A stretch of DNA of 64,000 bases, taken from contig JBGTBM010000010.1 of NCBI GenBank assembly GCA_041749335.1, positions 68,533-132,532 on the forward strand, in the 5' to 3' direction. Every line of letters begins with the position of its first letter. Position 1 is the stretch's first letter. A model generated the notes under the pieces. It saw nothing but the letters and a program-made list of their open reading frames with translations, searched no databases and was not told the DNA's origin. Shown in pieces: positions 17,303 to 27,751 of this stretch. A program made the translations under genes and the position numbers. Origin of the DNA: Patescibacteria group bacterium (GTDB lineage Bacteria > Patescibacteriota > JABMPQ01).

Positions 17303-18825
17303 TATTTTGTTTTTCTTACTTTTTCAGTAACCCAAAATCCCATATATTTGCCCAACATTAATCTCGTTTGTGATTCAAAGGCCGGAATAGATCCTAATAA
17401 GATTGTTGTTACAGGTAAAAACAGCCATTGCAATAAAATACTGGCTATTTTTTTGCCCTTTTTCCCATCAGGACGATCCGGCATTATCATAATATTTACC
17501 GTAGCTGATATTATCATACCTAGCATTGCAATCGACATCAAAATTTGCGTCACGGCTGGTAAGCTCTGCGCTAATAATGTTTTAGTAAACTGGTCCCCGC
17601 CCAAAATAAGCGGCAACCACCCCAATAGAAAAATAATAATAGCATTCGTCGCCCAGGAATGGTATCCCTCAAGCGACCAAAATCCAAACTTAATTTTTTT
17701 AACCAAAGAAATTTTTTTATTATTAATAAAATTTAAAAATATATAAGGAACGTCTTCTGCGCCATAAGCCCAGCGTCTTTGCTGCTTATATTGATTAATA
17801 ATGCTTTGTTTATAAGTATCGGCAAGTACCGTATCCATATAGACGGGAATCAAAAGTGGCTCTACCCGATATTCACCATCATAACGCATAAAACACTGCC
17901 AAAAAATATGTGCATCTTCTGAAACCACATCCGTATCCCAAAAACCAATCTCTGCTAATGTTTTAAAGCTCATGCTGTGTGATGAAAAAGTAACTAGCTT
18001 TTCCGGCTTGCTTTGCTCCATCATCATCCAGAAAGTTGTATTCATGGCTACCAACCGCATTAAAATCGGAGAATCCCAAATATTATTAAAAAACATTGGA
18101 ACAGGCTGATAACTAACCTGGTGGGGATTTTTGACTGTCATAAATTTATGCGTCAAAATGCCAAAATATTCTGGATGAACACAGGTATCGATATCAAGAA
18201 CAGATAAAATTATTTTATCATAAGGTATTCCCTGCTGGTCTATAATTTTTTTCGCTTGCTTAACCGCCCAGGTTTCATTTGATCCTTTGCCGGCAATTTC
18301 ACCCACAATATTATCGGGATGCATAGTAATAATAAAATCTCGAAAAATATGGCCATATTTATTCTTAATAATTCTGGCATTATTCATGGCGCGATCACGG
18401 TCGCGTTCTTCCCCGGCAAATACTACGATTATTTTATCATTGGGATAATTGCTTTTTTCTAAAGCTGCAAAAGTCGGTTCAATCACTTCCAAGCCTTCTT
18501 GATAAGTGGGCAAGACCACTAAATGATAGTACTTACCCCAATCTTCATTCTTTTTCACTATTTCGATCCAATCCTGTTTAATATTAAGCTTAAGTTGTTT
18601 ATATGATGATAAAAGATTGATTGCCAAATAAATTGCCTTTATAAACCAATAAATATCAAAACAAATAATAAATATTGCCACCCAGACCGGTTTTAAAAAT
18701 GATAATGATATGCTTAGAATAATTGTCGCCCACGACAAAAAACCCGGCAATATTTCAAAAACACGCCAGATAAGAACTTTGCGCTTTTGTTTAATATTTA
18801 ATCTAAGTATTTCATTAATATTCAT
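17302..18825 (-). CDS. membrane glycosyltransferase family 2
   Basis: LPTYQE, GKGSN, DIDT, SED, QQRRWAYG (QxxRW). Confidence 0.92.
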   Translation of the reverse strand: MNINEILRLNIKQKRKVLIWRVFEILPGFLSWATIILSISLSFLKPVWVAIFIICFDIYWFIKAIYLAINLLSSYKQLKLNIKQDWIEIVKKNEDWGKYYHLVVLPTYQEGLEVIEPTFAALEKSNYPNDKIIVVFAGEERDRDRAMNNARIIKNKYGHIFRDFIITMHPDNIVGEIAGKGSNETWAVKQAKKIIDQQGIPYDKIILSVLDIDTCVHPEYFGILTHKFMTVKNPHQVSYQPVPMFFNNIWDSPILMRLVAMNTTFWMMMEQSKPEKLVTFSSHSMSFKTLAEIGFWDTDVVSEDAHIFWQCFMRYDGEYRVEPLLIPVYMDTVLADTYKQSIINQYKQQRRWAYGAEDVPYIFLNFINNKKISLVKKIKFGFWSLEGYHSWATNAIIIFLLGWLPLILGGDQFTKTLLAQSLPAVTQILMSIAMLGMIISATVNIMIMPDRPDGKKGKKIASILLQWLFLPVTTILLGSIPAFESQTRLMLGKYMGFWVTEKVRKTK

Positions 18826-18827
18826 AT

Positions 18828-19205
18828 CTATAGTCCCTGAGTTAAAACAATGCTACTTACTATCAACATTATTTGAATAATTAAAGCGGCTGTATACATA
18901 ATATAGGAAATAAATTTTTCCTTATTATTAAAAAATATTCCGATTAATATATTTATAAATATGACCAAAATCCCAAAACCAGGAATTATAAATATCTTAT
19001 ACCAATAATCAATAGCATCAATGCCAGTATAAATATTGTAATGCAAAGGAATCGGATAATCACTGGGCTCTACTCGAAAATAAAGAATTAACCAAATCGC
19101 CATATTCGAAAGAATCGCCATTCCTAAAACTATTAAGCTGAATTTGCTTTCCCAAATTTCATTTTTCTTTATTCGTTCTATTAATTTTTCCTTGTTTATC
19201 AGCAT
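18828..19205 (-). CDS. membrane protein (DUF1648-like)
   Basis: Three TMs, IPLHYNIYTGID motif. Confidence 0.8.
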   Translation of the reverse strand: MLINKEKLIERIKKNEIWESKFSLIVLGMAILSNMAIWLILYFRVEPSDYPIPLHYNIYTGIDAIDYWYKIFIIPGFGILVIFINILIGIFFNNKEKFISYIMYTAALIIQIMLIVSSIVLTQGL

Positions 19206-19210
19206 ATTTA

Positions 19211-20137
19211 CTACTTATAATAAACCCAATTTTCCACTCTTAAATCAATATATTCTACATTATTTAAATTATTTTTCAATTGTTCCTGAATTACAATATT
19301 TAAATCATTCAATTGCGCATCTACAGAACGATCCACGCTTAAAAGCACCATAAAATCTGTATCCGTTTCTAAATGTACTTCTCGTGACAATATCGAGGGC
19401 ACCCAATATTTCTTTACCTCAACTTTAATTTGCTGGGGGAATTTTTCATTTAGTTCTTTTAAAAAACCGATAAAGTTCTGTGTTACCACCTCTTCATTAA
19501 ACTTTGTTTCTTTATTTTCTAAATCATAAATTGCCGGCATTTCACGCTCAACAATACCATCAATGGAAGCTTCACAGCAAATTTTTCCATAATTATCTAT
19601 ATAGTATAAATTTGATCCCGATACCCAGGCGGCCGATATAACTTTTTCTTTTAATTTAATCTTAATTACATCAACCAGTTTTTTTTCAATTTCCAAATCT
19701 TCAAGATAATAATTATCGTCCAAAATTTTTCTCTTTAATTTTTCTTTATCCATTATAAATATATTGTCGGCGGGAAAAATTAAAAAACGCCTATTTTTCT
19801 TAAAATCATCAAAACTTTGTTTTATTTGGTTTTCAGAAACTTCCTTGGCATCAACTAAATTTATTTTTTTTACTCTGAAGTAATAGCTAAAAAACAAAAA
19901 ATAAATTAGCAATGTAATTAAAAGTAAGGCGATAATCATTATGGCATATCTTATAATTACAGAAGATATATCTTTATTTTTACGCATCATCCTGCGCTGC
20001 AGATGAATATTGCTTTTTAAATGCCGCGAAGAATATTTTTTTCTAAATCTAAAAAATCTTTTTTTTCTATTAATAAAATTCCCAGATCCCCCTCGAATAA
20101 AGTTCTTTTTTTTATTTCTTTTAAATAATAATTTCAC
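19211..20137 (-). CDS. ftsQ: cell division protein FtsQ/DivIB-like
   Basis: Basic N-terminus, TM, POTRA-like region, C-terminal EYIDLRV...YYK. Confidence 0.8.
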   Translation of the reverse strand: MKLLFKRNKKKNFIRGGSGNFINRKKRFFRFRKKYSSRHLKSNIHLQRRMMRKNKDISSVIIRYAIMIIALLLITLLIYFLFFSYYFRVKKINLVDAKEVSENQIKQSFDDFKKNRRFLIFPADNIFIMDKEKLKRKILDDNYYLEDLEIEKKLVDVIKIKLKEKVISAAWVSGSNLYYIDNYGKICCEASIDGIVEREMPAIYDLENKETKFNEEVVTQNFIGFLKELNEKFPQQIKVEVKKYWVPSILSREVHLETDTDFMVLLSVDRSVDAQLNDLNIVIQEQLKNNLNNVEYIDLRVENWVYYK

Positions 20138-20148
20138 TGTTTTTGTTT

Positions 20149-21321
20149 TTATATAACGATCCTTGGAATTAACGGATTTATACGAGTAATTATTTCATAA
20201 TTTATGGTTCCGGTTTTTTGCGCAACTTCTTCCACGGTAATTTCTTCTTTATTCTGTTTACCCAAAATCACCGCTTCATCTTCTACTATAATATTATTTA
20301 TATTGCTGACATCAATCACCATCATATTCATACACACCCTCCCCAAGACTTTGCATCTTTGGCCTTTAATTAAAATATGGCCGATACTGGATAATTTTCT
20401 ATCATATCCATCCCAATATCCAATGGGAATAATCGCTATTTTAGAGTCCTTGGTGACCTTTTCAGTCAAACCATAACTGACCGACGTCCCGGATTTAATT
20501 TCTTTTATTTGTGCAATTTTAGCCTTCCAAGTTAGAGCCGGCTTGAGATTAAACTTAGCTAATTTATTTTTTATTGATGATTCGCTGCCACTTTGATTTG
20601 ATTTTGCCAAAGCTTGAGTTTCTTTTGACGACCATAATCCGTATTGGCTAATTCCTACGCGCACCATATCGAAATGTGTTTCCGGATAAAGAATAGTAGC
20701 GGCTGAACAAGCTGTATGTTTTAAATTAATATCAATGCCCGACGCTTCAATTTCAGTAACTATTTTATTAAAAGCATCTAATTGTTTTTGGGCGTATGCA
20801 TGATCTGTCGTATCTTCAATATTAGCATAATGAGTAGTCACCCCTTCGATTATTATATTAGCGGTATTTTTGATTATTTCTATTAAATCACTAACCTGAT
20901 TCGGCAAAACTCCTTGGCGTGATGTGCCTGTTTCCAACTTAATATGAACTTTAAATTTATTTTTACTCCTAATTTTACTCATGGCGCGAACAGTTTCGAT
21001 ATTATAAATTACTAAACTGATATCATTATTTAGCGCTTCTTTTAATCTGGAATTTAAGGTATAGCCCAATACCAAAACAGGCAACTTAATGCCTGCCTGC
21101 CTAATTTTTAGAGCTTCATCTACAGAATCCGTTCCAAGCCAATGGGCGCCATTTTTTGCTGCTATTCGCGCTACTTCGATCAATCCATGGCCGTATGCAT
21201 TGGATTTAACGATAGACATCAGCTTCACTTTCTGGCCGATTAACTTCTTAAATTGTTTTATGTTGTAGATAATATTTCTCTGATCAATTTCTACCCATGT
21301 TTTATGTTCTATCCTCGCCAT
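20149..21321 (-). CDS. alr: alanine racemase
   Basis: VKSNAYGHG, HIKLETGTSRQG, GYWDGYDR, GRVCM, GTINYE. Confidence 0.97.
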   Translation of the reverse strand: MARIEHKTWVEIDQRNIIYNIKQFKKLIGQKVKLMSIVKSNAYGHGLIEVARIAAKNGAHWLGTDSVDEALKIRQAGIKLPVLVLGYTLNSRLKEALNNDISLVIYNIETVRAMSKIRSKNKFKVHIKLETGTSRQGVLPNQVSDLIEIIKNTANIIIEGVTTHYANIEDTTDHAYAQKQLDAFNKIVTEIEASGIDINLKHTACSAATILYPETHFDMVRVGISQYGLWSSKETQALAKSNQSGSESSIKNKLAKFNLKPALTWKAKIAQIKEIKSGTSVSYGLTEKVTKDSKIAIIPIGYWDGYDRKLSSIGHILIKGQRCKVLGRVCMNMMVIDVSNINNIIVEDEAVILGKQNKEEITVEEVAQKTGTINYEIITRINPLIPRIVI

Positions 21322-21347
21322 ATTATATTTTGGATTTAAACTTTTCT

Positions 21348-22661
21348 TTATATAATTTTTTCTATTCCATTCATATATGGTTTTAATTTTTCGGGAATCG
21401 AAACGCTTCCATCTTTATTCTGATAATTTTCAAGAATCGCTATTATGATGCGGCCAACAGCAAAAGCCGTTGCATCATTCATATGTACATATTCATTTTT
21501 ACCATTCGATCTTTTAACGCGGATATTTAATCTGCGTGACTGGTAATCTGTCATTAAATCAGAAGTATGAGTTTCCCGATATTTTTTTTGTCCGGGCAGA
21601 TAACATTCAATGTCTATCTGTCGAGCATCGGGCTTTCCCATGTCCCCGGTACATACATTGACCACCTGGTAAGGAATTTTCAAATCTTGCAACATATATT
21701 CTTGTATGGCAACTAAAAATTCTTGTTCAATTTTGGAATGATCGGATAATGTAAAACTTTCCATCTCCATTTTGTCAAATTGATGCACTCGAAATATTCC
21801 CTTAGTGTCTTTGCCATAACTTCCCGCTTCTCGACGAAAGCTGGTAGCATATCCGATATATCTTATCGGCAGATCTTCTTCACTGATTATTTCATCCATG
21901 TGCATTGAACCGATGGTATGTTCAGCGCTGCCGACTAAATACAAATCATCGCTTTTAATGTAATATCTTTCATCCTCGTCTTCTTTCGATAATCGTGCCA
22001 TTTTGCTAAATACTTCAGGCTTTAACACTACCGGTGGAAATATCGGGATAAATGTTTTTGCGCTATAACCCCTTTTAACGCTTTCGGCGACTTTATTAAT
22101 TATTTTTTCAGATGTAAGAGTTTCGAAAGTATACTTTATTAATGCTGTCTGCAACATGGCAGCCGCCCCCTTAATATATGCAAACCTGGCGCCTGTCACT
22201 TTGGCGGCTCTTTTTAAGTCAATAATATTTAAATCCTCACCCAACTGAACATGATCTTTGACTTGAAAATCGAATAGCTTAATTTTCCCCTGCTTCCGTA
22301 CTACCTGATTGCCACTTTCATCCGGACCAACTGGCACATCTGGTAGGCATATATTAGGCAAACTATACATAAGCTTATTGTATTTATTTTCGACCTTTTC
22401 TAAAACCGGCGCTAATTCGCTTATGCGCTGAGCTATCTCCTTAGTTTCCGTAATTTTTTTAATTTTTTCTTGACCGGAGCTTTTTGCAATAAACTGGCTG
22501 GCCTTATTTTGTTCTGCACGCAAATCTTCTACTTTTTTTAGCAACACTCTCCTTTTTTTATCTAACTTTAAAATCTGATCAACATTCACTTTCATATTGC
22601 GTTCTTTGAGAGTTTTCCTAATTAGTTCCGGATTTTTTCTGATTAAATTAATATCTAACAT
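21348..22661 (-). CDS. serS: serine-tRNA ligase
   Basis: MLDI N-terminal coiled coil, GSAE, FRREAGSYGKDTKGIFRVHQF, DYQSRRLNIR. Confidence 0.97.
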   Translation of the reverse strand: MLDINLIRKNPELIRKTLKERNMKVNVDQILKLDKKRRVLLKKVEDLRAEQNKASQFIAKSSGQEKIKKITETKEIAQRISELAPVLEKVENKYNKLMYSLPNICLPDVPVGPDESGNQVVRKQGKIKLFDFQVKDHVQLGEDLNIIDLKRAAKVTGARFAYIKGAAAMLQTALIKYTFETLTSEKIINKVAESVKRGYSAKTFIPIFPPVVLKPEVFSKMARLSKEDEDERYYIKSDDLYLVGSAEHTIGSMHMDEIISEEDLPIRYIGYATSFRREAGSYGKDTKGIFRVHQFDKMEMESFTLSDHSKIEQEFLVAIQEYMLQDLKIPYQVVNVCTGDMGKPDARQIDIECYLPGQKKYRETHTSDLMTDYQSRRLNIRVKRSNGKNEYVHMNDATAFAVGRIIIAILENYQNKDGSVSIPEKLKPYMNGIEKII

Positions 22662-22672
22662 TTAATGTTATT

Positions 22673-23827
22673 TTATTTCCTTTTAGCAAAATAAGCGCGC
22701 AACGACATAAATATCACTCCTATTCCAAAAACAGTCACTATTATTTTAATTATAAATCCTGCAATTGGAATAACGCATAATATCCCGATTATTGCGGTTC
22801 CGATTACTACCGACCACAATAAACTCACTTCTTTCTTTTTAGATATTTTAGCTAATAAGCTTTTCCCCACCCATAAGCCAACTATTACCTTAGCTAAATA
22901 GATCGAAATGCCATATATTGATATCAAAATCATAGCAAGCGGAATCCCAATTATAGTGATTAATATTAACAAGGCCAGTACTGGAACAATAATACAAATT
23001 ATTATTCCCCACAGAATACTGTTTCCCGGATCTCCGGCCAACCGATCAGTAATTTTTCTTATTTCTTTTGGAAATATTAATATTAGTATAATCCCCGATA
23101 ACATTAAGCTAATAATCTTTATCAAAAACCACATAATTGAAGTAGTAAGGCTAACAGCCCAAAAACCATCTTTTTTCTGATAATATTCCCTAGGTTCGGT
23201 TTTGGTCCAATCCACTAAGCCGTTAATATCGGCGCTTGTATTTATTTCGGCTTCCTCTGGAGAAGAGTATGATATTCCTCCTCCAATTTTTACATTTGGT
23301 CCGATAATCAACTTATCAAATTCACCTTTTAGATCTCCATCAATATTATTGGTAATCTTTAATTGGCCTGCTTTACCCACCACGTCTCCAGCTACTTTTC
23401 CATCCAAATATACCATTCCTCCATATACCCTTAAGTCTCTGCCAATTTCCACGTTATCTGAAACATAGACATTTCCTCCGACAATAAACGCGTTATCTTT
23501 AATTTTTCCCTCAATATTTACTTGCCCGCCCGCGGCATAAATATCATCACCGATATTTCCCCTAACGATAATTTGGCTTCCTACAGATGTTACATCTCCA
23601 TTTACTGATCCATTAATTTCAACTATGCTTCCCATTGCCTTTATGTCGCCGTTTAATTGTCCGTTTATGCGAACATTAGCGCCAACTACCAATAAATCAT
23701 CATTAACTACTACGCCCTTATCGATTTCAATAATCTCTCCCATTTGGACCTCAAACGCGTAGGCTGAAATTGGAAAAATCAAAAAGCCCAGGACAACGAG
23801 CAAGAAAGTTTTAGTTTTTTTCATCAT
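22673..23827 (-). CDS. polymer-forming (bactofilin-like repeat) membrane protein
   Basis: Signal peptide, repeated GxVxGDV beta-solenoid motifs, C-terminal multi-TM region with ITIIGIP. Confidence 0.8.
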   Translation of the reverse strand: MMKKTKTFLLVVLGFLIFPISAYAFEVQMGEIIEIDKGVVVNDDLLVVGANVRINGQLNGDIKAMGSIVEINGSVNGDVTSVGSQIIVRGNIGDDIYAAGGQVNIEGKIKDNAFIVGGNVYVSDNVEIGRDLRVYGGMVYLDGKVAGDVVGKAGQLKITNNIDGDLKGEFDKLIIGPNVKIGGGISYSSPEEAEINTSADINGLVDWTKTEPREYYQKKDGFWAVSLTTSIMWFLIKIISLMLSGIILILIFPKEIRKITDRLAGDPGNSILWGIIICIIVPVLALLILITIIGIPLAMILISIYGISIYLAKVIVGLWVGKSLLAKISKKKEVSLLWSVVIGTAIIGILCVIPIAGFIIKIIVTVFGIGVIFMSLRAYFAKRK

Positions 23828-24234
23828 TTTTTTATTTTATTTTTTATTATTGAAGATTTATATCTAAGGGGGTAATAAGATCCAATTTTTATTATTTTTA
23901 TTTTTTCTTCGCTATTTTTTATAAATTGTTTTAACTCAAAAATAAAATATTTTTGATCATAACCCAGAGCTATTATATCAGGTTTTTCCACTTTAATACA
24001 TTTAAAAATATCCACTAAATCTCCCAGTATTATTTTATCGGCTATATGTGTTTTTTTTATCTGATTAATCCTGTGTTTATAATTATATAATGGACTTTTC
24101 CCTTTTAGCCTGGTGACATTTTCATCCCTAGCAACGACCGCTACAAGCTTATTACCTAATTTTTTTGCCTCTTTTAAAAAATATATATGTCCCCGGTGTA
24201 GAATGTCAAATGTGCCAAAAACCATTACTTTCAT
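23824..24234 (-). CDS. cytidylyltransferase-family protein (archaeal RibL/FAD synthase-like)
   Basis: FGTFDILHRGH, VVARD, PDIIALGYDQ, YKSS. Confidence 0.85.
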   Translation of the reverse strand: MKVMVFGTFDILHRGHIYFLKEAKKLGNKLVAVVARDENVTRLKGKSPLYNYKHRINQIKKTHIADKIILGDLVDIFKCIKVEKPDIIALGYDQKYFIFELKQFIKNSEEKIKIIKIGSYYPLRYKSSIIKNKIKK

Positions 24235-24236
24235 AT

Positions 24237-26291
24237 TTATAACCCCAATTCTGTGCTAATTTCCTGCATTGATTTTATACTAATTTCAATAAATTCATCT
24301 AGAGTTAGTCCAATTTTTTCACATTCCGAAATTCTTGCTCGATCAATATTGGCAGCAAATGATTTATCTTTTAATTTCTTTTTAACAGATGAAGTTTTCA
24401 GCTGATTAATATTTTTATCCGGCCGCACTAAAACAGCAGCATAGATTATTCCAGTAATAGCCTCCGAACACGCCAACGCATAATCTAAATCAGTCTCTCG
24501 GGATTTTTCTCCAGCATATTCATAATTGTGGGCCTTTATGGCGTTAATGCCGACTTCCGGAAAATTTATTTCATTTAATATTTTTTCTGATTGCTTGGTA
24601 TGTTGATCCGGCTCCTCCTTGGTCTTTTCCCAATCAATATCATGAAGCAAGCCAACCATGCCCCATAAGTCTTCATTTTTTCCCAGCTTTTTTGCCAAAG
24701 ATCGCATAATGACTTCGGTCTCTCTGGAATGTAATAAATTTTTTTTCTCTTTTATGTATTTATTCAATAATTGCTTGCCAATTTCTCTTTTGATATTAAA
24801 TTTTTGATTCTCTAAATTATCGCCTTGTACAATATTTGTGTTCTTGGGTCTCATTAGGGGAAAAATAACTGTCTCTCTGATAGGTTTATCCACTAAATAA
24901 GAAAATAGTCTTTCTGAAAGTCCAAAGCCACAAGTAGGCGGCATTCCATATTCCAATGCTTCGACAAAATCCTTATCATGCATTTGTGCTTCTTCGTCTC
25001 CCGATTTTCTTAGTTCTGCCTGTTGCTTAAATCTATTTTCTTGATCAATCGGATCATTAAGCTCGGAATATCCGTTGCCAAGCTCGCTGCCGGCTATAAT
25101 AATTTGAAATCTCTCGACTAGCCTATTATCATCTTCTTTACGCTTTGATAAAGGAGAAACCTCAACAGGATGATTAATTATAAACGCCGGTCCAGAAATT
25201 TCTTTTCTTAATTTCTTCCATAAAATATCCATCAATCTTCCTTTAGCTATCTTTTTTTCAATTTTTATATCTAATTCTTCGCATTTTTTTTGTAAATCAG
25301 CTTCTGAGGCCTCTAATACATCAATCCCGAGTTTTTGCTTGATTTCCGATGCATAGTCAAGTTGAGTCCATCTTTGTGCAAAATCAATATCGTAACCTTT
25401 AATCTTGAATTTTAATGTACCAAAAGTTTTCTTAATTATCTCTTTATACATTTCTTCCGTAAGCTTCATTCCATCTTTATAGTCAGCATAAGCCATATAA
25501 AATTCCATTTGCGTATAATCCTGTAAATGTTCAGTGTCTATTCCTTCGTTTCTAAATTGCCTGCCTATTTCAAATGTTTTCTCATAGCCTGCAATCATTA
25601 ATTTCTTTTGCCATAGTTCACCCATTGATATTCTCAGATATAGATCAATATTTAACGCATTGTGATGAGTTTTAAAGGGTTTTGCATCAGCACCCCCCGG
25701 TGTTACCTCTAAAACAGGAGTTTCTACCTCTAAAAAGCCTTTCTGTATCAAAAAACGACGTATATTTTGCCAAAATAAAGCTTTTTTCTTAAAAATATCT
25801 TTTAATTGCGGATTAAATAGAATATCTAAATACCTTTTTCTTAATTTTTCCTCTTCGTCTTTAATTCCATGCCATTTTTCAGGCAATGATTTTAATGCTT
25901 TTGCCAGAATACTATATTCTTTTACCATCAAAGTTTTTTCACCTTTTTTAGTGATAAATAAATGCCCCGCAACCTGCAAATAATCACCAACCTCAATCGC
26001 GCGCAAAAGCCGATATTTTTCTTTTCCTACTTCTTTTTCACTAAAAAATATTTGGATATTTCCACTGCCATCCTCAAGATTAGAAAATGTTGCCTTGCCG
26101 TGCCGGCGCATTAATCTTAAGCGCCCGCATAAAATAATTTCAACTGCCAATAAATCTTCAAAATTATTTATTACTTCATTGATCATATTAGTCCTTTCGC
26201 CCCTTGAGGGATATGGATTAATTTTATGATCTTTAATCGTTTCTAAATTCTGCTTGCGAATTTCTTCAATATTTTTACTATTTTGTAGCAT
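24237..26291 (-). CDS. lysS: class II lysine-tRNA ligase with a C-terminal HD-domain fusion
   Basis: LysRS motifs LPEKWHG, FRNEG, ELGNGYSELNDP, ALEYGMPP, IFPLMRP, followed by ~190 aa with HSRETE...GLLHDIDWE...IKAH...KKLKDKSFAA. Confidence 0.95.
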   Translation of the reverse strand: MLQNSKNIEEIRKQNLETIKDHKINPYPSRGERTNMINEVINNFEDLLAVEIILCGRLRLMRRHGKATFSNLEDGSGNIQIFFSEKEVGKEKYRLLRAIEVGDYLQVAGHLFITKKGEKTLMVKEYSILAKALKSLPEKWHGIKDEEEKLRKRYLDILFNPQLKDIFKKKALFWQNIRRFLIQKGFLEVETPVLEVTPGGADAKPFKTHHNALNIDLYLRISMGELWQKKLMIAGYEKTFEIGRQFRNEGIDTEHLQDYTQMEFYMAYADYKDGMKLTEEMYKEIIKKTFGTLKFKIKGYDIDFAQRWTQLDYASEIKQKLGIDVLEASEADLQKKCEELDIKIEKKIAKGRLMDILWKKLRKEISGPAFIINHPVEVSPLSKRKEDDNRLVERFQIIIAGSELGNGYSELNDPIDQENRFKQQAELRKSGDEEAQMHDKDFVEALEYGMPPTCGFGLSERLFSYLVDKPIRETVIFPLMRPKNTNIVQGDNLENQKFNIKREIGKQLLNKYIKEKKNLLHSRETEVIMRSLAKKLGKNEDLWGMVGLLHDIDWEKTKEEPDQHTKQSEKILNEINFPEVGINAIKAHNYEYAGEKSRETDLDYALACSEAITGIIYAAVLVRPDKNINQLKTSSVKKKLKDKSFAANIDRARISECEKIGLTLDEFIEISIKSMQEISTELGL

Positions 26292-26371
26292 ATAATAGTT
26301 TTAACAAAAAATTAACCTACAATAGTAGATTAATTTAATTATAACAAAATCTTTGTTATTTAAAATGCTTT

Positions 26372-26830
26372 TTATTTAATCCCCAGCACCTCATATTTTA
26401 CAGTTCCGGCGGGAGTCGCAACCTCTACTACTTCTCCGACCTTTTTACCTATAAAAGCTTTTCCCAAAGGAGATTCGTTGGATATTCTTCCTTGAGCGGG
26501 ATCAACTTCCGAAGAACCTACGATGGAATATTTAATAACATTTTCATCAGATTTCAGAGTTACAGTACAGCCAATATCTACGGATTGTGAACTTTTTTTC
26601 TTTTTTATAATCACGGCGTTTTTGATTTTTTCTTCAATTTCCGCAATTTTTCCTTCGACAAAAGCCTGATCTTCTTTAGCCTCCGAATATTCACCACTTT
26701 CTGATATATCGCCTTCTTCTAATGCTTTCTTTATCCTTTCCGAAACCTCTTTTCTTCTGACTTTCTTTAAATAATTTAAATCTTCTTTTAATTTTTCCAA
26801 CCCTTCCTGCGAAATGTAAAGCTCCTTCAT
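26372..26830 (-). CDS. greA: transcription elongation factor GreA
   Basis: GDISESGEY, AKEDQ, ISNESPLGKA. Confidence 0.96.
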   Translation of the reverse strand: MKELYISQEGLEKLKEDLNYLKKVRRKEVSERIKKALEEGDISESGEYSEAKEDQAFVEGKIAEIEEKIKNAVIIKKKKSSQSVDIGCTVTLKSDENVIKYSIVGSSEVDPAQGRISNESPLGKAFIGKKVGEVVEVATPAGTVKYEVLGIK

Positions 26831-26894
26831 ATAATGTATTTTATTTGTTGTAAATTACCTATAACATAATGAATAATACAATAAACATTCGCTG

Positions 26895-27749
26895 TCAACT
26901 TAGTTTATCCACATTGTTATTTTTAGCAGTTATTATAACATTTTGTAGCAATTTTGCAACTGTCACCGGCCCAATACCTCCGGGCACTGGAGTTATCATA
27001 GTTGCTTTTTTTGAAACTTCCGCAAAATTAACATCTCCATATATTTTTTTTCTGATTAGCGTTGTGCCCGCATCTAAAATAATCACCTTATCCTTTACCA
27101 TTGTACCGTTAATTAAATTCCTTTTACCAACTGCCGTTATTAGTATATCAGCTTGATTAGTATAACTTTTTAGATTACGAGTGAACTTGCCACACAAAGT
27201 AATAGTATTATGCTGCTGAGTCAGAATTATACTCAAGGGCTTGCCCACCAATTCTCCTCTTCCCACTATTACTATATGCTTGTTTTTTAAATTAATATTA
27301 TACGATTTTATAAATTCCATAATGGCCGCGGGTGTCGGCGGTATTATCACGGCAACATCGGCAGCCAACTTACCTAAATTTTTTGAAGTTAAACAATCAA
27401 TATCAATATCTTCCCTAATATTTTCCAATATTCTTCTTGCATTGATTTTAGGAGGCAGAGGAAGCTGCACTATTAAACCTGACAAATTTTTGTCAGACTG
27501 TATGACATCAAGTTTCTGGCATAATTTTTCTTCAGCTATATTAGCAGAAAACTTAAAAAGTTCAAATTTTATTCCAACACTTTTACATAGCTCCTCCTTT
27601 TTATGAATAAAACTCATTGAAGCTTTATCATTTCCAACCAATAAAGCAGCAAGTTTTGGATCAATGCCATGGCTTTTTAATTTATGCACATCGCGCTTGA
27701 TCTGCTTAATAATTTTATTAGCCAATTTTATTCCATCTAATATTTTCAT
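26895..27749 (-). CDS. folD: methylenetetrahydrofolate dehydrogenase/cyclohydrolase
   Basis: IVQLPLP, PPTP, GRGELVGKP, TPVPGGIGPVTV. Confidence 0.95.
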   Translation of the reverse strand: MKILDGIKLANKIIKQIKRDVHKLKSHGIDPKLAALLVGNDKASMSFIHKKEELCKSVGIKFELFKFSANIAEEKLCQKLDVIQSDKNLSGLIVQLPLPPKINARRILENIREDIDIDCLTSKNLGKLAADVAVIIPPTPAAIMEFIKSYNINLKNKHIVIVGRGELVGKPLSIILTQQHNTITLCGKFTRNLKSYTNQADILITAVGKRNLINGTMVKDKVIILDAGTTLIRKKIYGDVNFAEVSKKATMITPVPGGIGPVTVAKLLQNVIITAKNNNVDKLS

Positions 27750-27751
27750 AT

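Noticed and set aside
21091-21101. GCCTGCCTGCC in alr resembling the palindrome in the tRNA copy
   Set aside because: Only half of the palindrome, and it encodes the conserved IRQAGI segment of alanine racemase with no insertion.
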